Positions 36,904-50,400 of a stretch of 64,000 nt of DNA are shown one piece after another. The translations under genes and the position numbers were made by a program. The notes beneath the pieces were generated by a model, which saw nothing but the letters and a program-made list of their open reading frames with translations, ran no database searches and had not been told where the DNA came from. Each line of letters begins with the position of its first letter. Positions within the stretch are counted from its first letter, which is position 1. This stretch comes from Pocillopora damicornis (lineage: Eukaryota). The DNA lies in the NCBI RefSeq assembly GCF_003704095.1, contig NW_020844837.1:124001-188000 (forward strand), written 5' to 3'.

Positions 36904-39900
36904 TTTTTTGTTTCTCCTGGGCTGGGTAAAGATATGATCTGCGGCTCAAGGACGTAATCTACACGTTCTCCGGCTGCACTGCAACAAGCTTAACTGAAGG
37001 AAAGCAAGAGATGGAGATTGCGTTGGAAATCTTAAACATGTGTTTTATTCGAAAGCAGTCCGTAGAGGGCTGTGTTAAACGATAAAAATAGAACTATATT
37101 TAATCTGAAATATTGTAAGGGTTTNNNNNNNNNNNNNNNNNNNNNNNNNNNNNNNNNNNNNNNNNNNNNNNNNNNNNNNNNNNNNNNNNNNNNNNNNNNN
37201 NNNNNNNNNNNNNNNNNNNNNNNNGTCCAAAGAAATAGGTAATAAAGAAAATTCAACCGAGTGTTAGAGACTAATTCTTCTAACAGCTGTATGTCTATTG
37301 AAAAACGGTAAGAATTGCACTTTTGCTGTGGCTAAACAGAGAACTTTTCCGTTCGAGTTTGCCCGTCTTCAAGACCAAAGCTTGTGTTTAAAATTTTTCG
37401 CAGAAGCTTGCGTGAAACCGAAAAATTTTTTGTGTAAACGCTATTAATGTTATTTACCGTAAAAATTAGGCTGAAGTTTGGTTTGATAGATACATATTGC
37501 AGTCACTGGTCGCTTGAGCCCGTTTTGAAATTTACATATTGTGGATAAAACAAGAAAAAGGGTCTGTCATAATTACCTTTTAACAGCACGCCTCATCGAA
37601 CCCAATAGACTCTTTTCTAAAAACAGACTGACAGACAGACAAACAAGCAATTACTTTCTTCTTAAAACTTCCATAAAAACCCGATTAAAACATCTGCAAT
37701 TAAGTATTCAAGGTTTTGTTTTTAAAATAGTAAGACTAAGCAATTTTCAGTATTTCACTTGGCTAAAGAGTTTTCCGGGAAATTCTTTTACTCTCTTACT
37801 TTATTGCGGTTTGTTTGTACCATAAATCTCCTGTGAAAAGCTTATCTCCTCGTGATGTTCAAATTATTTTTTTTAAACCGCCAGACTTCCCTACAGACTG
37901 GTATAGACGATCCTATCGAACGTTTATTTGCATGCTTTATTATAAAAAGCAATAGAAAATACCAGCTGGTATATAGTTTTATCATCTTTTTTTTGTTTGT
38001 TACAAGGAGAAAACTAGAGCTTTCAGCTAAAATTCAGCTAAAAATTTAGCTGAATTTTTTTACAATTTAAATTATCTCCCGTTGGGTTCTTTAAGGTCGT
38101 CTTAACAATATTCATCATACAATTGTATCCTGCTATTTGTTTCTAGTCGTCCTTTATAAATTCTCAAATCTTTCCTATTAACCAGAAATATGGGGACTGC
38201 TCAGATAATTCCTTTGTTCCACGTTTGTAACAAAAGGAATAAATTAAGAGGAAAATTTGTCCTGTAAGATGGACGTTGAAATCGGTGATCCCTTTGTTTT
38301 TGAATAGAGTTAAATTTGTAAGCTTTTGTTTTTCTGACTGAATGTTGAATAAATTGTTAATGAGATGAGCCATTGAAAGGAACAATGAAATCCTTTATGG
38401 TAGATATCGTTAAAAAAAAAAGAAAAACATTTTGACGGGAATGTGCCGCAAATTATGAACATCGAGCAATGCATGGTTGTAAAAAGAAAATTTAAACCTC
38501 TCGAAAAAAGAAAAAATCGAACGAAAATTTTTTCTCGATAAACAACAAAATGTTTCAAGTGTAATATTAGTCTGCGCCTGGTGTGTCCTACCATTTTACT
38601 GTATAAATATTTCATTCTGAACGTTTTGAAGCTTCTTGAATCCGATGTTCGGATTCCTGTACGTATCAATGTGAAACATAAGTCGAAAGAACTTGTCAAC
38701 TCCGGCTAAAGTTTTTTAACGATCTTTATTCGAAATGACACTTTAATATATACGGAGAAAACTCCAATCAAAGCATAAGATCAAATCGCATATCAATGTA
38801 TACCAAAGTTTTCCATGATCTGTAAAGACGCTTTTAAATAAACACATCCAGGAGCCTATGACATATCGAATTAATGGAGCTTTATACGGCGAAAAATCAG
38901 CCGAAGTTTACTCCACGTACCAGATGATTGAAGTTCGTGAAACAGTAAACAGATTATAGCATGGTTAGGAGAGTGATATTATTATCGCGTATCATTTAAA
39001 CCAAGGAGATTTAACTATGCTGCGATGCAGTTGAAATCCATACGTGAAAACACGACATTCATCGAATGAAGTAACGCTGAATTGAACTTACCTTTCAATG
39101 GCCCGTTCTGGTTTAATCGATTCACCTTTTTCAACCGCCGAACTGATTACGGGATTCTGATTAGCACCTCTCTCAAGCTGAAATTCTATTCGTTAATCTT
39201 TTTCATGCAGAGTTCTGGCGCCATCAATTTTTTTTGTCGTAATTGAATAATTCGTAGTCGAAAAGTTCGAGATAAGGTGTAAATGTGTTTCTTCCTTTTA
39301 TTTCAGTAAAATTTCAATGCGACAGTGAGATTAAAACTCCTGCACAGTCGTGGGTTTTGTATTCTTCGGCTAAGAAATAAACAAATAAACAGGAGTGAAG
39401 AAAGACGAACTAATGTAAACTTGTCTCCCCTGGTTACAAATGGTGTCACGCCAACTGGTTATTTTAAAAGATTGGGGTAAAATATAAAAAGAAGAGATAA
39501 ATGTTACTTTCATACTGGACTTGTAATCAATAATTTATGAAAAGGGAGCAAGTATTTTGATAACTTTTTTTTCGAAGTGTAGTCCTCTGCTTCTCTCCAC
39601 GCAGCGAGAGACTTAAAATTTTCGAATGGTATCAAAATTGTCCGGAAAACTGGCCACCAAAGAGGCAGAAGTATTAAATGACTGACTTCAGGCTTCGAAA
39701 AGGACGAACGGTTGTTAAGTTCCTGATAAAAAAATATCTTAAATTTCAAAGTAAGGATGAAGATGGAAATTTAATAGTCCGCTAAGACAGCGATAACAGA
39801 AATGATAATTTTATCCTCTGATAGACCCTTCGTCAAAAAGCGATCGCTCAATAATTATTTGAAATAATATGAAAAGAAGTTTACACTTCCGCCAAGGGCA

Positions 39901-41546
39901 CTAGACCTGTAATTACAATGGAGGATGATAGGTGCTGTTTATCAAAATGATCAGAGAAACGCAACTGAATACTTGACAAACGTGTTAAAATTAAGATATA
40001 GTTTCTTTCTCTGTTTTTATATATATTTGTCGCCACTTTGATTTATTTAACTTACTATTTGAAAAAAGGCGTTTGCCCAATTTAATAAATATAATGTTCT
40101 TTGTTGCATGCGTTCATATTCAAATTTTATTTTCACGCTTATTAGGGTTTCGAGTTTCTTCCGGCTCAGGGTAAATTTTTGCTGAAGGGTTTACCACCGG
40201 AGAGAATTGCCTTTCAAGATGTGATCTACATCTCGCGTATAAGATGAGAATGATCTTACGGGTCAGTAGCATTTTTGGGCAACAGTCGCAATTTGAGCGA
40301 TCTTTTTGCTTGAGAAAAAAAAAATTATTTCAAAGCAATTGATCACTTTTTGGGCATAAATACTCGTATGACTTCAGAATTTTAAATACGGAGTCTTATT
40401 TTATAATAATACTTTAATTTAAAAAGTATTTTAAAATGTTAAAACATCTTAAAAGAAACCTTACACTATCAATTATTACATGTCATTTTTATCATCATCA
40501 TTATCATTTGTATTATTATTATTATTTTGTTACCGTTATTACATTGGACAAATACAGATCACCACATGAATTCTACCTAGTACCCCTCATGCAACCCTGG
40601 AGAATGTGTTACACAATGTCACACTGTACATGTAATGCCATCATCTTCAATACACTCACAACGAGACAATTTTTATTCTTTTATTGACAATCTACCATTC
40701 GCATGATAGACTACAGTGCTGAACTACTAACACAACTGCACATGGTTTACCACTCGTCTTTATAAAGTGCCACAAAAAACAAAAGGTTGCTTTTTTGTTT
40801 TCCTTAATTACACATTATTTTCTTTTGGACTTATTTCCCTCACAATTGATACAACCTAACTATACTTGAATTAATAATTCCCTGATATATCTTCAGTAAA
40901 TTTTCCAACGAAAGAGAAATGATTTAAGATCTAAGAAAAACAATTTACTTGTGTTTTTATAAGTTCTTAGAACTAAAATTTAAGGAAAGTATGTCAATCA
41001 GTAAGAAAAATTTTTACTTCCACCAAGTTATTTTCACTTCCCATATTATTTGGGATTTTTGATCCTTATTAATTACATGAATAGCAAAACCTAAAGCCCA
41101 CAATAATAGCCTGAATTACATGACTCTTTCCCCTTTTATTATTTCCTCTGGCTTTTATAATAGCATAAAACTTGCAATTTGATAGAGTCATTGATTTTTA
41201 CTTTTTTTGACACATGCTTTTGACATTGGAAAATTTGAAATTTCTCATTTGCAAAGATTTGGATCTGAATTTTTTTATGACTAGATAACCTATAAAAATC
41301 ACTAAATACCAGAAAAAGAAACAGGACAACTGTTTGTGGTTTAAATCCATATGGAACTAGGAAATCTCCACCAACCTTCAAGAATTTAAAGCTTTCTACA
41401 CAAAGCATGATTTCTGACAATTATTTGCCAAATGATCAGTGAGTATGTAAAAATATTCAAGGAACCTGAGAAAATACTTAGTAAACAACTTGTGAATAAT
41501 TATATAAAGCAGACAGTTGAGAAGTTTGTCGCACCCAAACAATTTC

Positions 41547-44239
41547 TTATAGTTTGAAGAAATTTTCAGTAAGATAATCTTTGACTTTGGGCCATATTAC
41601 ATTTGTTTCTGTTCCAGAAAATGATTCAAGTATTCCTTGTTTCCTGTAAACAAAACAGCATTTAAAAAGTGTGAAATATCATAAAATATGAAGTTTCTGT
41701 GAAGACTAAATCACACAAAATGGTTCAACATACTGTACTTGTTTGTACTTACGTATAAAAATCAATAAGTGGCTTTGTCATTTCCTCATACTGTTTTAAT
41801 CTCTGTCGCACAGTCTCAGGCTAGAGGAAAAATGCCAGCATCATACAAATTTTAATAATTTCATTCAGTTAGTGTTTTTTTTACAATCCTTTCTTTCTCT
41901 TTTACATGCCGTTGTTTTTAAGAACACTTCCTGATTAATTAAAGGGCTTTTGATTTCAAAAAATACATCAAAACTTTCACAGTAAGCCAGATAACAAACC
42001 TTATCATCATCTCTTTGAACAAGATCCTCACCTGTGTCATCATCTTTTCCCTAAAGAGAAATTTAATTGCTAATTTTAAAACAACACAACACATAACTTA
42101 AAAACCTCACTGCCTTGATTTTTTTCTCAGCAAAGCAATCTTGCTGTCTTAATGTTAGTACTACTTGCAGACATCATCTTGAGAAGGTTGGAAAGCAGAC
42201 AGTTCACAGTCTGTCCAGGTCTTGCATTTACCTTCTTGTCTCCTTGATATTATTGTTAAGAGACCACCCCAGGGAACCTATAAGAACTTCAACCCTAAGC
42301 AATTACTATCCTCCTCCATAACTACAGCTAATACAGTGAAGATCAACTTTGAACAATTTGTCTTGCATCTACCAAAGTCACCTTTTCCTTTTGACCCTAT
42401 CTCCTTGTTGTAACTAAGAGCTGAGAGATTGAAAAGACTTTTCCTAAAATAAACACCAGCACCTGAGGTAAACAGTCCTATATTACTTAATAATTAAATC
42501 ACATAATTGTAAATATTCAGAAGAACAATACAACTGGATTGTTATCAAATCACAGTGTCACTTAATGTTATTCAAATGTCTTCAATAACAGAAAAATTTC
42601 ATGATTAAAACCCTTCCTATGCTTAAACACCCAGATGTTAATCTTCATAAAAGTTGCTAATCATCACAAATTGTAAAGATTAACTGCAGTCATAAAATAC
42701 TTCATACTGTTCACGTACTGGTACTTTAGGAGGGTTGAAATCTAAGTTGTAAGTCTTCCCACTCCCTGGATGTATCCAACGTTTCTAGGAAGCGAAAAGT
42801 AAACATATTTCATATTTCATTTCAAGACATAATTATCTTTCTTTTATTCACACATTAGTGACAACAGCGCTGAAAATACCAGCACAACAGTACTTGGTTT
42901 ACCTCTGTTCTAACTTGTTTAGTGCCACAAAAGGCTGCTTTTTTTGATTAACTATATATTATTTTCTTTTGGACTTATTTGACTTCACATTACTTAAATT
43001 GATCTGCAGAGTAACTACTAGCTATTATCACTCTAACCTTTTTGAAATTTTCATTAGATTATCTCTTGTTATGGATCATGAGAGACCACCTAATGTGACT
43101 CAACATGGTACAAATTGATGTTTCAGAAATAGAAAAAGAAAACTTACTGAAATTCTATCAATTATGGTTTCAAATGGAACATCTAAGTTTATAACAACAT
43201 CAAGCTCTTGTTTCTCGCCCAGCTTCTCTGCCTGTACAACAGTTCTTGGAAAACCTAAAAATAGAGGTGTAGGTAGAAGAGTAGTAAATACACACCAGGA
43301 TCATTCTCAAGAGACCTCACCCTTTATGCCTGGGTTTTCTGTCCTCTGCCCATATTCCTGCTTATACCCGTTTGTTAAAATATTATAGGCTATAGTCTGA
43401 TCCTCTAAGCCCCTTTTCTAATGAAACAAAGTCACAAATTATGTAGAATACACAGGTAAGTGTTTACCCAACAGTGAAGGCCAATGTGGCAAAACTAGTT
43501 ATCTTTGGAAGGCACTGTTTTCATTTAAAGCAAGAAATTTGAAAGTCAAGTTGCAGGAAACAAATAAATCAAAGGGCCTTTCCCATGACAAGACACATTG
43601 AGGAAAAAGTGATCCATGCATTGTGTGGAAATAGTTTTTCTTCTGAACAGAAACGACCCTCTCCTTGCATTCCTCACAAAATGGACGTCTTTTCCACGCT
43701 TCAGATAAGAAACCTCACTGTTGTTGGCATCTGTTTATCACTTCAAATTTCATACAAATCAAAGAGAGCTTTGGATACTGTATAGTTTTTATTAGCTTAT
43801 GACTCTCAAAATACATCCAATCAAAATTAATTTTCTATTAAAACTGTGTAAGCAATTTGCATTATAAGTATATCATTTCGAATCAATTTTGCTCAGATCA
43901 GCTGAGGAGATGTTTGCACCAAGGACATATCCTGAAATTGTAAAATCCTGAAAACTGCCTTGACATGTACCTACCATCTAAAAGCCAGCTTCCTCCAGAT
44001 AACTCCTTCATCTTGGCCATTATCAGTTCTATCATGACTTCATCAGGTACAAGTCCTCCTTTTTCCACGATCGCTTTTGCTTTCAAGCCAACTTCTGTAC
44101 CTTCTTTAATTTGGGATCGGAGCACATCTCCACTCGATAAATGTGTTACCTTAAAAGTACTTACAATGCGTTCAGATACAGTTCCTTTACCTGATCCTGG
44201 AGGGCCCATGATGAGGGCGCGCACTGGCTTCGACGACAT
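41547..44239 (-). CDS. AK3: Mitochondrial GTP:AMP phosphotransferase AK3/AK4 orthologue, 6 exons, 217 aa
   Basis: Exons 44239-43975, 43254-43148, 42784-42719, 42050-42000, 41820-41753 and 41643-41547. P-loop [75 protein letters not shown]. Confidence 0.93.
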
Positions 44240-44442
44240 GTTCGACAGGTGTATTTGGCGAATATGATTGATAGGCGAGAGCGCTGCACGAAGTAGTCGA
44301 AGGCGATGGGCAGAGCGCATATCTATATCAGTCAAGGAAATATTATTGGAACTAAAGGAAAAAAAATGGTAGACTGGGAACCAAAAACATTACGCTGACC
44401 AAGTCACAGTTGGCTCTAATATTTGCACGTGTGTGTTTTAAA
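44240..44442. promoter_or_regulatory. Bidirectional promoter between AK3 and PUM3
   Basis: Divergent ATGs are only about 200 bp apart. E-box CACGTG at about 44426 and a YY1-like AAAATGGCGG overlapping the PUM3 start. Confidence 0.65.
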
Positions 44443-47400
44443 ATGGCGGACGCTGAAAATCAGAAGAGGTACTGTGTGGAAAATTTTTCCTTAAAAACTC
44501 GGAGTACAGTTGTTTTTTGTTCTCTGTATAATACTTCTAGATTAAAAAAATATCACCAGAGTTAAAAGGCTGTCGTTTTTTGTTTTACCCACGGGGACAC
44601 TCTTTGTAATGAGGACTTTTTTCCTCATCTGTTTCAAATGAACGCTGTGCAAAACGCTCTGCGAAAAGACAAGGGAACATTTTTTGCCGTTACAATTGAC
44701 TCACTCTCTTTACTTTTATTTCATCAGGTCAAGGAACTTCAAGAAGAAGTTCAAAGGGAAGGGTGATGATGCTAAACGGAAATTTAAGCCAAAAAAGTTT
44801 TCCAAGGATTTTAGGGGAGAGAATTCTCCTGGACAAAAACGGAAAGCTAACGACACAAATGCAGATGGTTACAGAAAGAAGTGGAAGGGTGAAATAGGAA
44901 GTCAAGATGGTAAAAAAGGATATAGACGATATGAAAACAATGATAAAAGTTTTTCAGTTAATGGCAAAGGATCACGGAACAGTTATGTGAAAGGAAACTT
45001 TGTTGGTGATAAAGCCATGAAACGAAAGTTTAGTGATGGTAAGGGATCTGACTTCGGGAAAAAGAAAAATTTTTCCAGTTCTTGGGAAAATAAGAATGGT
45101 GAGTATATCGTGTCGTGATTCTCTGTATTCTGTAAATTAACCCTTGAACTCCCTAAGAGTAACTGGTATCAGTATCTTATTTCTCCTTTTGATATCACTT
45201 CTGAATCAAACAATTAGGTCACGAGAATAAAGGAAATGATCACCAACTGAAGTAGCTCTTGATTGTAAGATGAATTCTCCATGTCAAAACCTTAGGAAGT
45301 GTAGAGAGAACAGTATGGAGAATATATATTCTGAACTTTAATTGTGGGAAATAGTAGTAAATGCTGTTGAAAAGTGCTCAATACACATGAGTGTAGAATG
45401 AAATACAGTTCAAGTGACTAAAATGAAACACGCATGATTCCCTGTTACTCTGAGTTTTGTTCTTACGCACTCATCAGACAGATTTAATGAAAGTGCATAA
45501 GCAGGAAACTCAGAGTAACAGGGAATCATGCGTGTTTCATTTTAGTCATTTTGAACTGTATTCTGAACTTTATAAAGTAGTGCTGTCAGGTAGACTGTGC
45601 AGCTTGATTTCTCTTCTGAGGCAATGTCAGCATGAGAATATTAAAATGAGAGTCATGAAGTTGTTCTTCTCTTTTGGTACTGTCTTCTTCTTTTTCACAC
45701 AGTGAAATGCACTTTGACAGTGTTAACAACAAAGAGCTTTAGCATTCTCTGGAAGTCCATGGTTTTTGTATATGCACATGCAAGGGAATTCCATGTGCTC
45801 TTTGTTTAAGAGTTTCTTGCATGTGCTTTGAGTGCAAACTTTCAGTATTGTTTGGAGTCGCAGCTTATCATTCAGGCAGTTTCTCCACCCCTTTCCTCTC
45901 TCTTTCCACTGTTTATTCAGTGTGACAGGTGTCTGTTTCCCTTTCCTGTGTGGAGGCTTATGGCTGAGTTGCCAGGATTTACCAGCCATGGGAGCAGTCT
46001 CCATTTAGGAGCTGACTGCCAATAGTGGAAGCTCCTTGTGGAAGTCTATTACATGTACTTGAGTTCACAAAGTATGTTTTCAATAAATTGTAAATTTGGG
46101 TGTCTCCACTTAATCTTGTAGAATCTGATGAGAAGCCCAATATCTGGCAAATGAAGAAAAAAGAAAGAAAAGACTTTCGCCGCCAACAAGATGAAAACTA
46201 TGATCTGGTTCATGGTCTTAAAAAACTCTATGAGACTATTAGAAGGTGTGGTAGCTTGAAAGTTGTAAGGCTGCAAATACAATCCAGAAAATTTCCATTC
46301 CAATTTTCCTAGTGAAACAGGGTTGTGCACTGGTCCTGGTATACATTCAACTCTTTAAAAATAAAATGTGGATCCAAATGTCTTTTATGTCTTTTCTCAC
46401 CTCAACTATTATACTTATTAGGAGGAAAAATTGATGCCACAGTGATTGATATTTTTTATTTTATCTGTTTTTCAGAAAGAAGTGCTCTAAGGCAGAGAAG
46501 GCAGAATTGGTTGAGAAGATACTGAGTCTAATTGCTGGTCATACTCATGATGTGAGTACAAGAATTTAGGGATGAATTAAATTCTAAGCAAGTTATTTAC
46601 ATCTTTCCAATTTCATTTCAAAATATGTTTAGTAATTGATTTTCCCCTCTCTCTACTTAACTGTAATTCCAGGTAATTTTCAAACATGATACAGGGCGTG
46701 TGATTCAGGCTTGTGTTAAGTTTGGTACTGTAGAGCAAAGACAGAAGTTGTTTGAGCAATTTAAAGGTAATTCATTTTCTTGGAAAAATATTAAAACTAA
46801 AAATTTGTTTCAATCAAAAATGATTTCATAACCAGCTCAAGTCATGTCTGAATTTTTGTGTTCAAGGTGATTTTGGAGAACTTATCAAGTCAAAATATTC
46901 CAAGTTCTTCATCAAAAAATTGTTAATTTATGGGTAAGTACCTTATCAGCATTCTTTAACTGAACTTGGCACTTTTGTTAATGGTGTAATTTAGCTAACT
47001 GGGCAGAGGTTTTTCATTTTCATATTCTTAGTTCAGTCTGAATATAGACAGTAAACTGAAAGTAAAACAGTATTGTTGTCTGATTTCTGTTCCATCATTT
47101 TGAGAAATCCCTAATTTTAATAAGCAAATGTTTTCCACGGTCCACAATCATGGACACTACCTTTGATAGATTCTATTGGAAAAGACACTCTGGTTTTTGT
47201 GGCTTGAAATGATTAACTCTCAACATTCATACCCTTTTATATGATTAACTCTTTAACTTCCAAGATCTGATTATTAACCCTTTAACTCCCAGATAAAATT
47301 TGTAATTCTCCTTACTGTCAACTATACAATGCTTATAACTTTAGCTCAGCGAATTTAGTGTTGGATCAACTAATTATTTGCAAATTGATATTTTTCTTTA

Positions 47401-50400
47401 TTCTCATCACTTATCTGTTTGATATTGTATTGATATTGTATGGAGAAATTCTGTCTTGATCTTTCATGGGAGTTAAAGGGTCAATTATCCCCTTCAGTTG
47501 CTACACATTCCCTAGTAAATCAGTTATGAGAATTTGATTTTAGATCTAGATGACAACTTAACTTCGAGTAGATAATTTTGAGTACTGTCATTGTCCCTTT
47601 GTTGATTGATGTATTTGTATCATAGGAAGAAGTTTCATATGAATTACTTCTGGGACTTAATGGATTTAAGTACATAAAAGAAAACTGTTGAGGGTGTTTT
47701 AATCAGTGTAACATCTCATTTTCAATATCTTTAGAACTTACTTGTTTTATAAGTAAATTAAATGAAGAGAAAAATTTATTATTTAAGATAATGGGAAATT
47801 TTGGTCTTTTCAATCAGAACAAAGAAACAGCGGGATGTTATTATCAAGTGCTTTTATGGGCAAGTTCGCAAACTTATCAGACACAAGGTGAGATTATGAT
47901 TTTAATGATGATACTGATAAGGCTCTCTATGACATAAGCTTGATTTATCAATATTTATATCTATGTATGGCTAACTTAGACAATTTTTATCAATTTTTAG
48001 GAGGCATCATCTATTCTAGAAACTATATACAGTGATTATGCAAACTCTGCCCAAAAAGCCCATCTTATACAGGAATTCTATGGAGCTGACTTTGCTTTTT
48101 TCAAGGTACATGTAATCTAGCATTAAAAAAATTAATAAAAAAATGAAAAAAAAATTCCATCCAAGTGATCTTTTGTTATCTCCAGATTCCTATAGTTAAT
48201 TTTGAGTAAATTACCATCATGTAGTTGTGCTTGCCTCAACTTTCATCTGCCTTTCTAGTCATCAGAGCTAAATTCTTTGGAAAAAGTTTTGCAATCAGAT
48301 CCAGCAAGGAAAACTGGAATCCTCAAATACATGAAAGATGCCTTGCTGCCTCTTATAGACAGGTAAAGTTTAAAGATGAAAATATCTTTAATAACCTTGA
48401 ACCCTTGACAACTTAGATCTCATTAGCAATTCTGATTCCTTGTTGCTGGCTTAGAAATCTTATGATATTATTTGTGAGAACTTGGTATTGGGTCAACTTA
48501 TAATCCCCCAGTTGATACTTTACTTTATTCTCATCACTTGTGTGCTTGATGTTGTGGTGATATTGTGAAGAGAAATTCTGTCTTGATCACTCACAGGAGT
48601 TAAAGGGTTAAGGACTTAGTACACCCAGGCCAGATTAAGTATTAAACTTTTTACATACAGCACGAAAACAAAGAGGTTAAATCCAACTTCTACTTGACTG
48701 GATTTAATGCAAAATTTCTTTTTTCTCTCTGATTATGTCAAGCATTGTACCATCAAGTAACAGCTGGTGTTTTGCTTAATTTTCATGTAAATATATTTGA
48801 ACACAGGATGAAAATCTGCAAGATTATCTGTCAAAGTTGAAAATGATATCTTAATACAATTTGTATTGCCTGTGGATATAGATAAACAGCATAATATTAA
48901 TTTATTTTGTATTACTTTTTTCCATAGATCTGTCATTGGTCATAGTATAATTCACAGAGTCCTTCTTGAATACCTCACATATGCTGATGAAAATGCAAGA
49001 TCAGTACGTACTTCATCCTCTTTTTGTACCAGTACATTGTGAAGCCTCACTTCTTATACATAGTTGTATCTTTTCTGTAGGAAATGATAGAGCTAATCAA
49101 AGATTCTGTTGTTCTCATTCTTCATACTCATGATGGAGCCAGAGTTGGTATGCATTGTTTGTGGTATGGGACTGTAAAGGTAAGTCTAGATTCTGTTGTT
49201 TATTTATGTTGAAATCTGGTAACTTTAATTTTTGAAATATCTTTTGATGTCTCATATGTTTACCAGCAACAAAATAATTTGATTAAGCTATTTGACTTTA
49301 TAACAACCTGAGAGGTTGAGTTCTAAGTATGACATGTTACATAGTAAATTTAACTTGAGTTTTTCAGACCTGAAATAAAGTGAGTTGGTAAGAATTACTT
49401 TTGACATTATTTCATTTTACAAACCCTCACCAATATTTAAAGACTTAAGGTGATTTTTTTGTTGTTCTTGTATCTCTTTCAAGGATCGTAAAGTACTTGT
49501 CAAGTCCTTCAAAAGTTATTATGTAAAGATCTGCAAAGTAAGAGTTGTATTATGCTGTGATGTGAATTGAATGAATGCATCAGGAGGTCTTAAATTTTCC
49601 TCATGGTGTACTTCTTATGAGTTAGTCTGCCAAAATCTTAGGTCAGTCTCTTATGGTCTTAAGTTGGTTCCCTAACATCAAAGATTGGTCAGCAAGCAAT
49701 ATCTTACATTTGCTTTGTTCCCTAACATCTTTGACAAGTTATTTCACTTCTTACACAATGGCTCAAATTTAATTACAACACAGTGTTACTAATCATCCCA
49801 TATCTAACATACTATCCAGTCATTGTGTGTCTCTCTTGGATTTCAGAGGTGTAAACATAAACATATGCAAAGAGAAGTGTTGTTGTGTCACCATATTTGA
49901 CTTAAACATATGGTGGGAACAGTTGATCATGAGAACAATTCCACATTTATAGTAAACTTACTTGAATATTGATTGTTGCTGTTTAATTTACAGGAAGAAT
50001 TTGGACATCTTGTACTGTTAGCATTATTTGACTGTGTTGATGACACAGTGCTTGTCAAAAAGATTATGTTCTCGGTGAGATTTAAACTGTGTAGTTTTTC
50101 CTCCAAGGTTATGTATGTGACTGATTTTTTAGTTTAGCATACAGTTTTGTCAAACAGGTAGTGACTCAGGTGTGTGAAAAGTGTTAAAAAAGGTTATATT
50201 TTGTCTCTAAACAGATAGGTGAATGGAAATGATGTGATTGTTTGGATTGAGCATTCACCTCTCAGCATTAGCCTTCCAAGAAATACATTGACATTGGTTA
50301 GAATTAGGACTGGAGACTTTGAGAGCACAAAATTTATATAAACAAGAAGTCTAACAACTAAAATGACCTAAATGTGACAATTCTGGACAATGAAAATTAT

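Noticed and set aside
47888-48000. Box C/D snoRNA in a PUM3 intron (ATGATGA)
   Set aside because: No suitably spaced D box or terminal stem.
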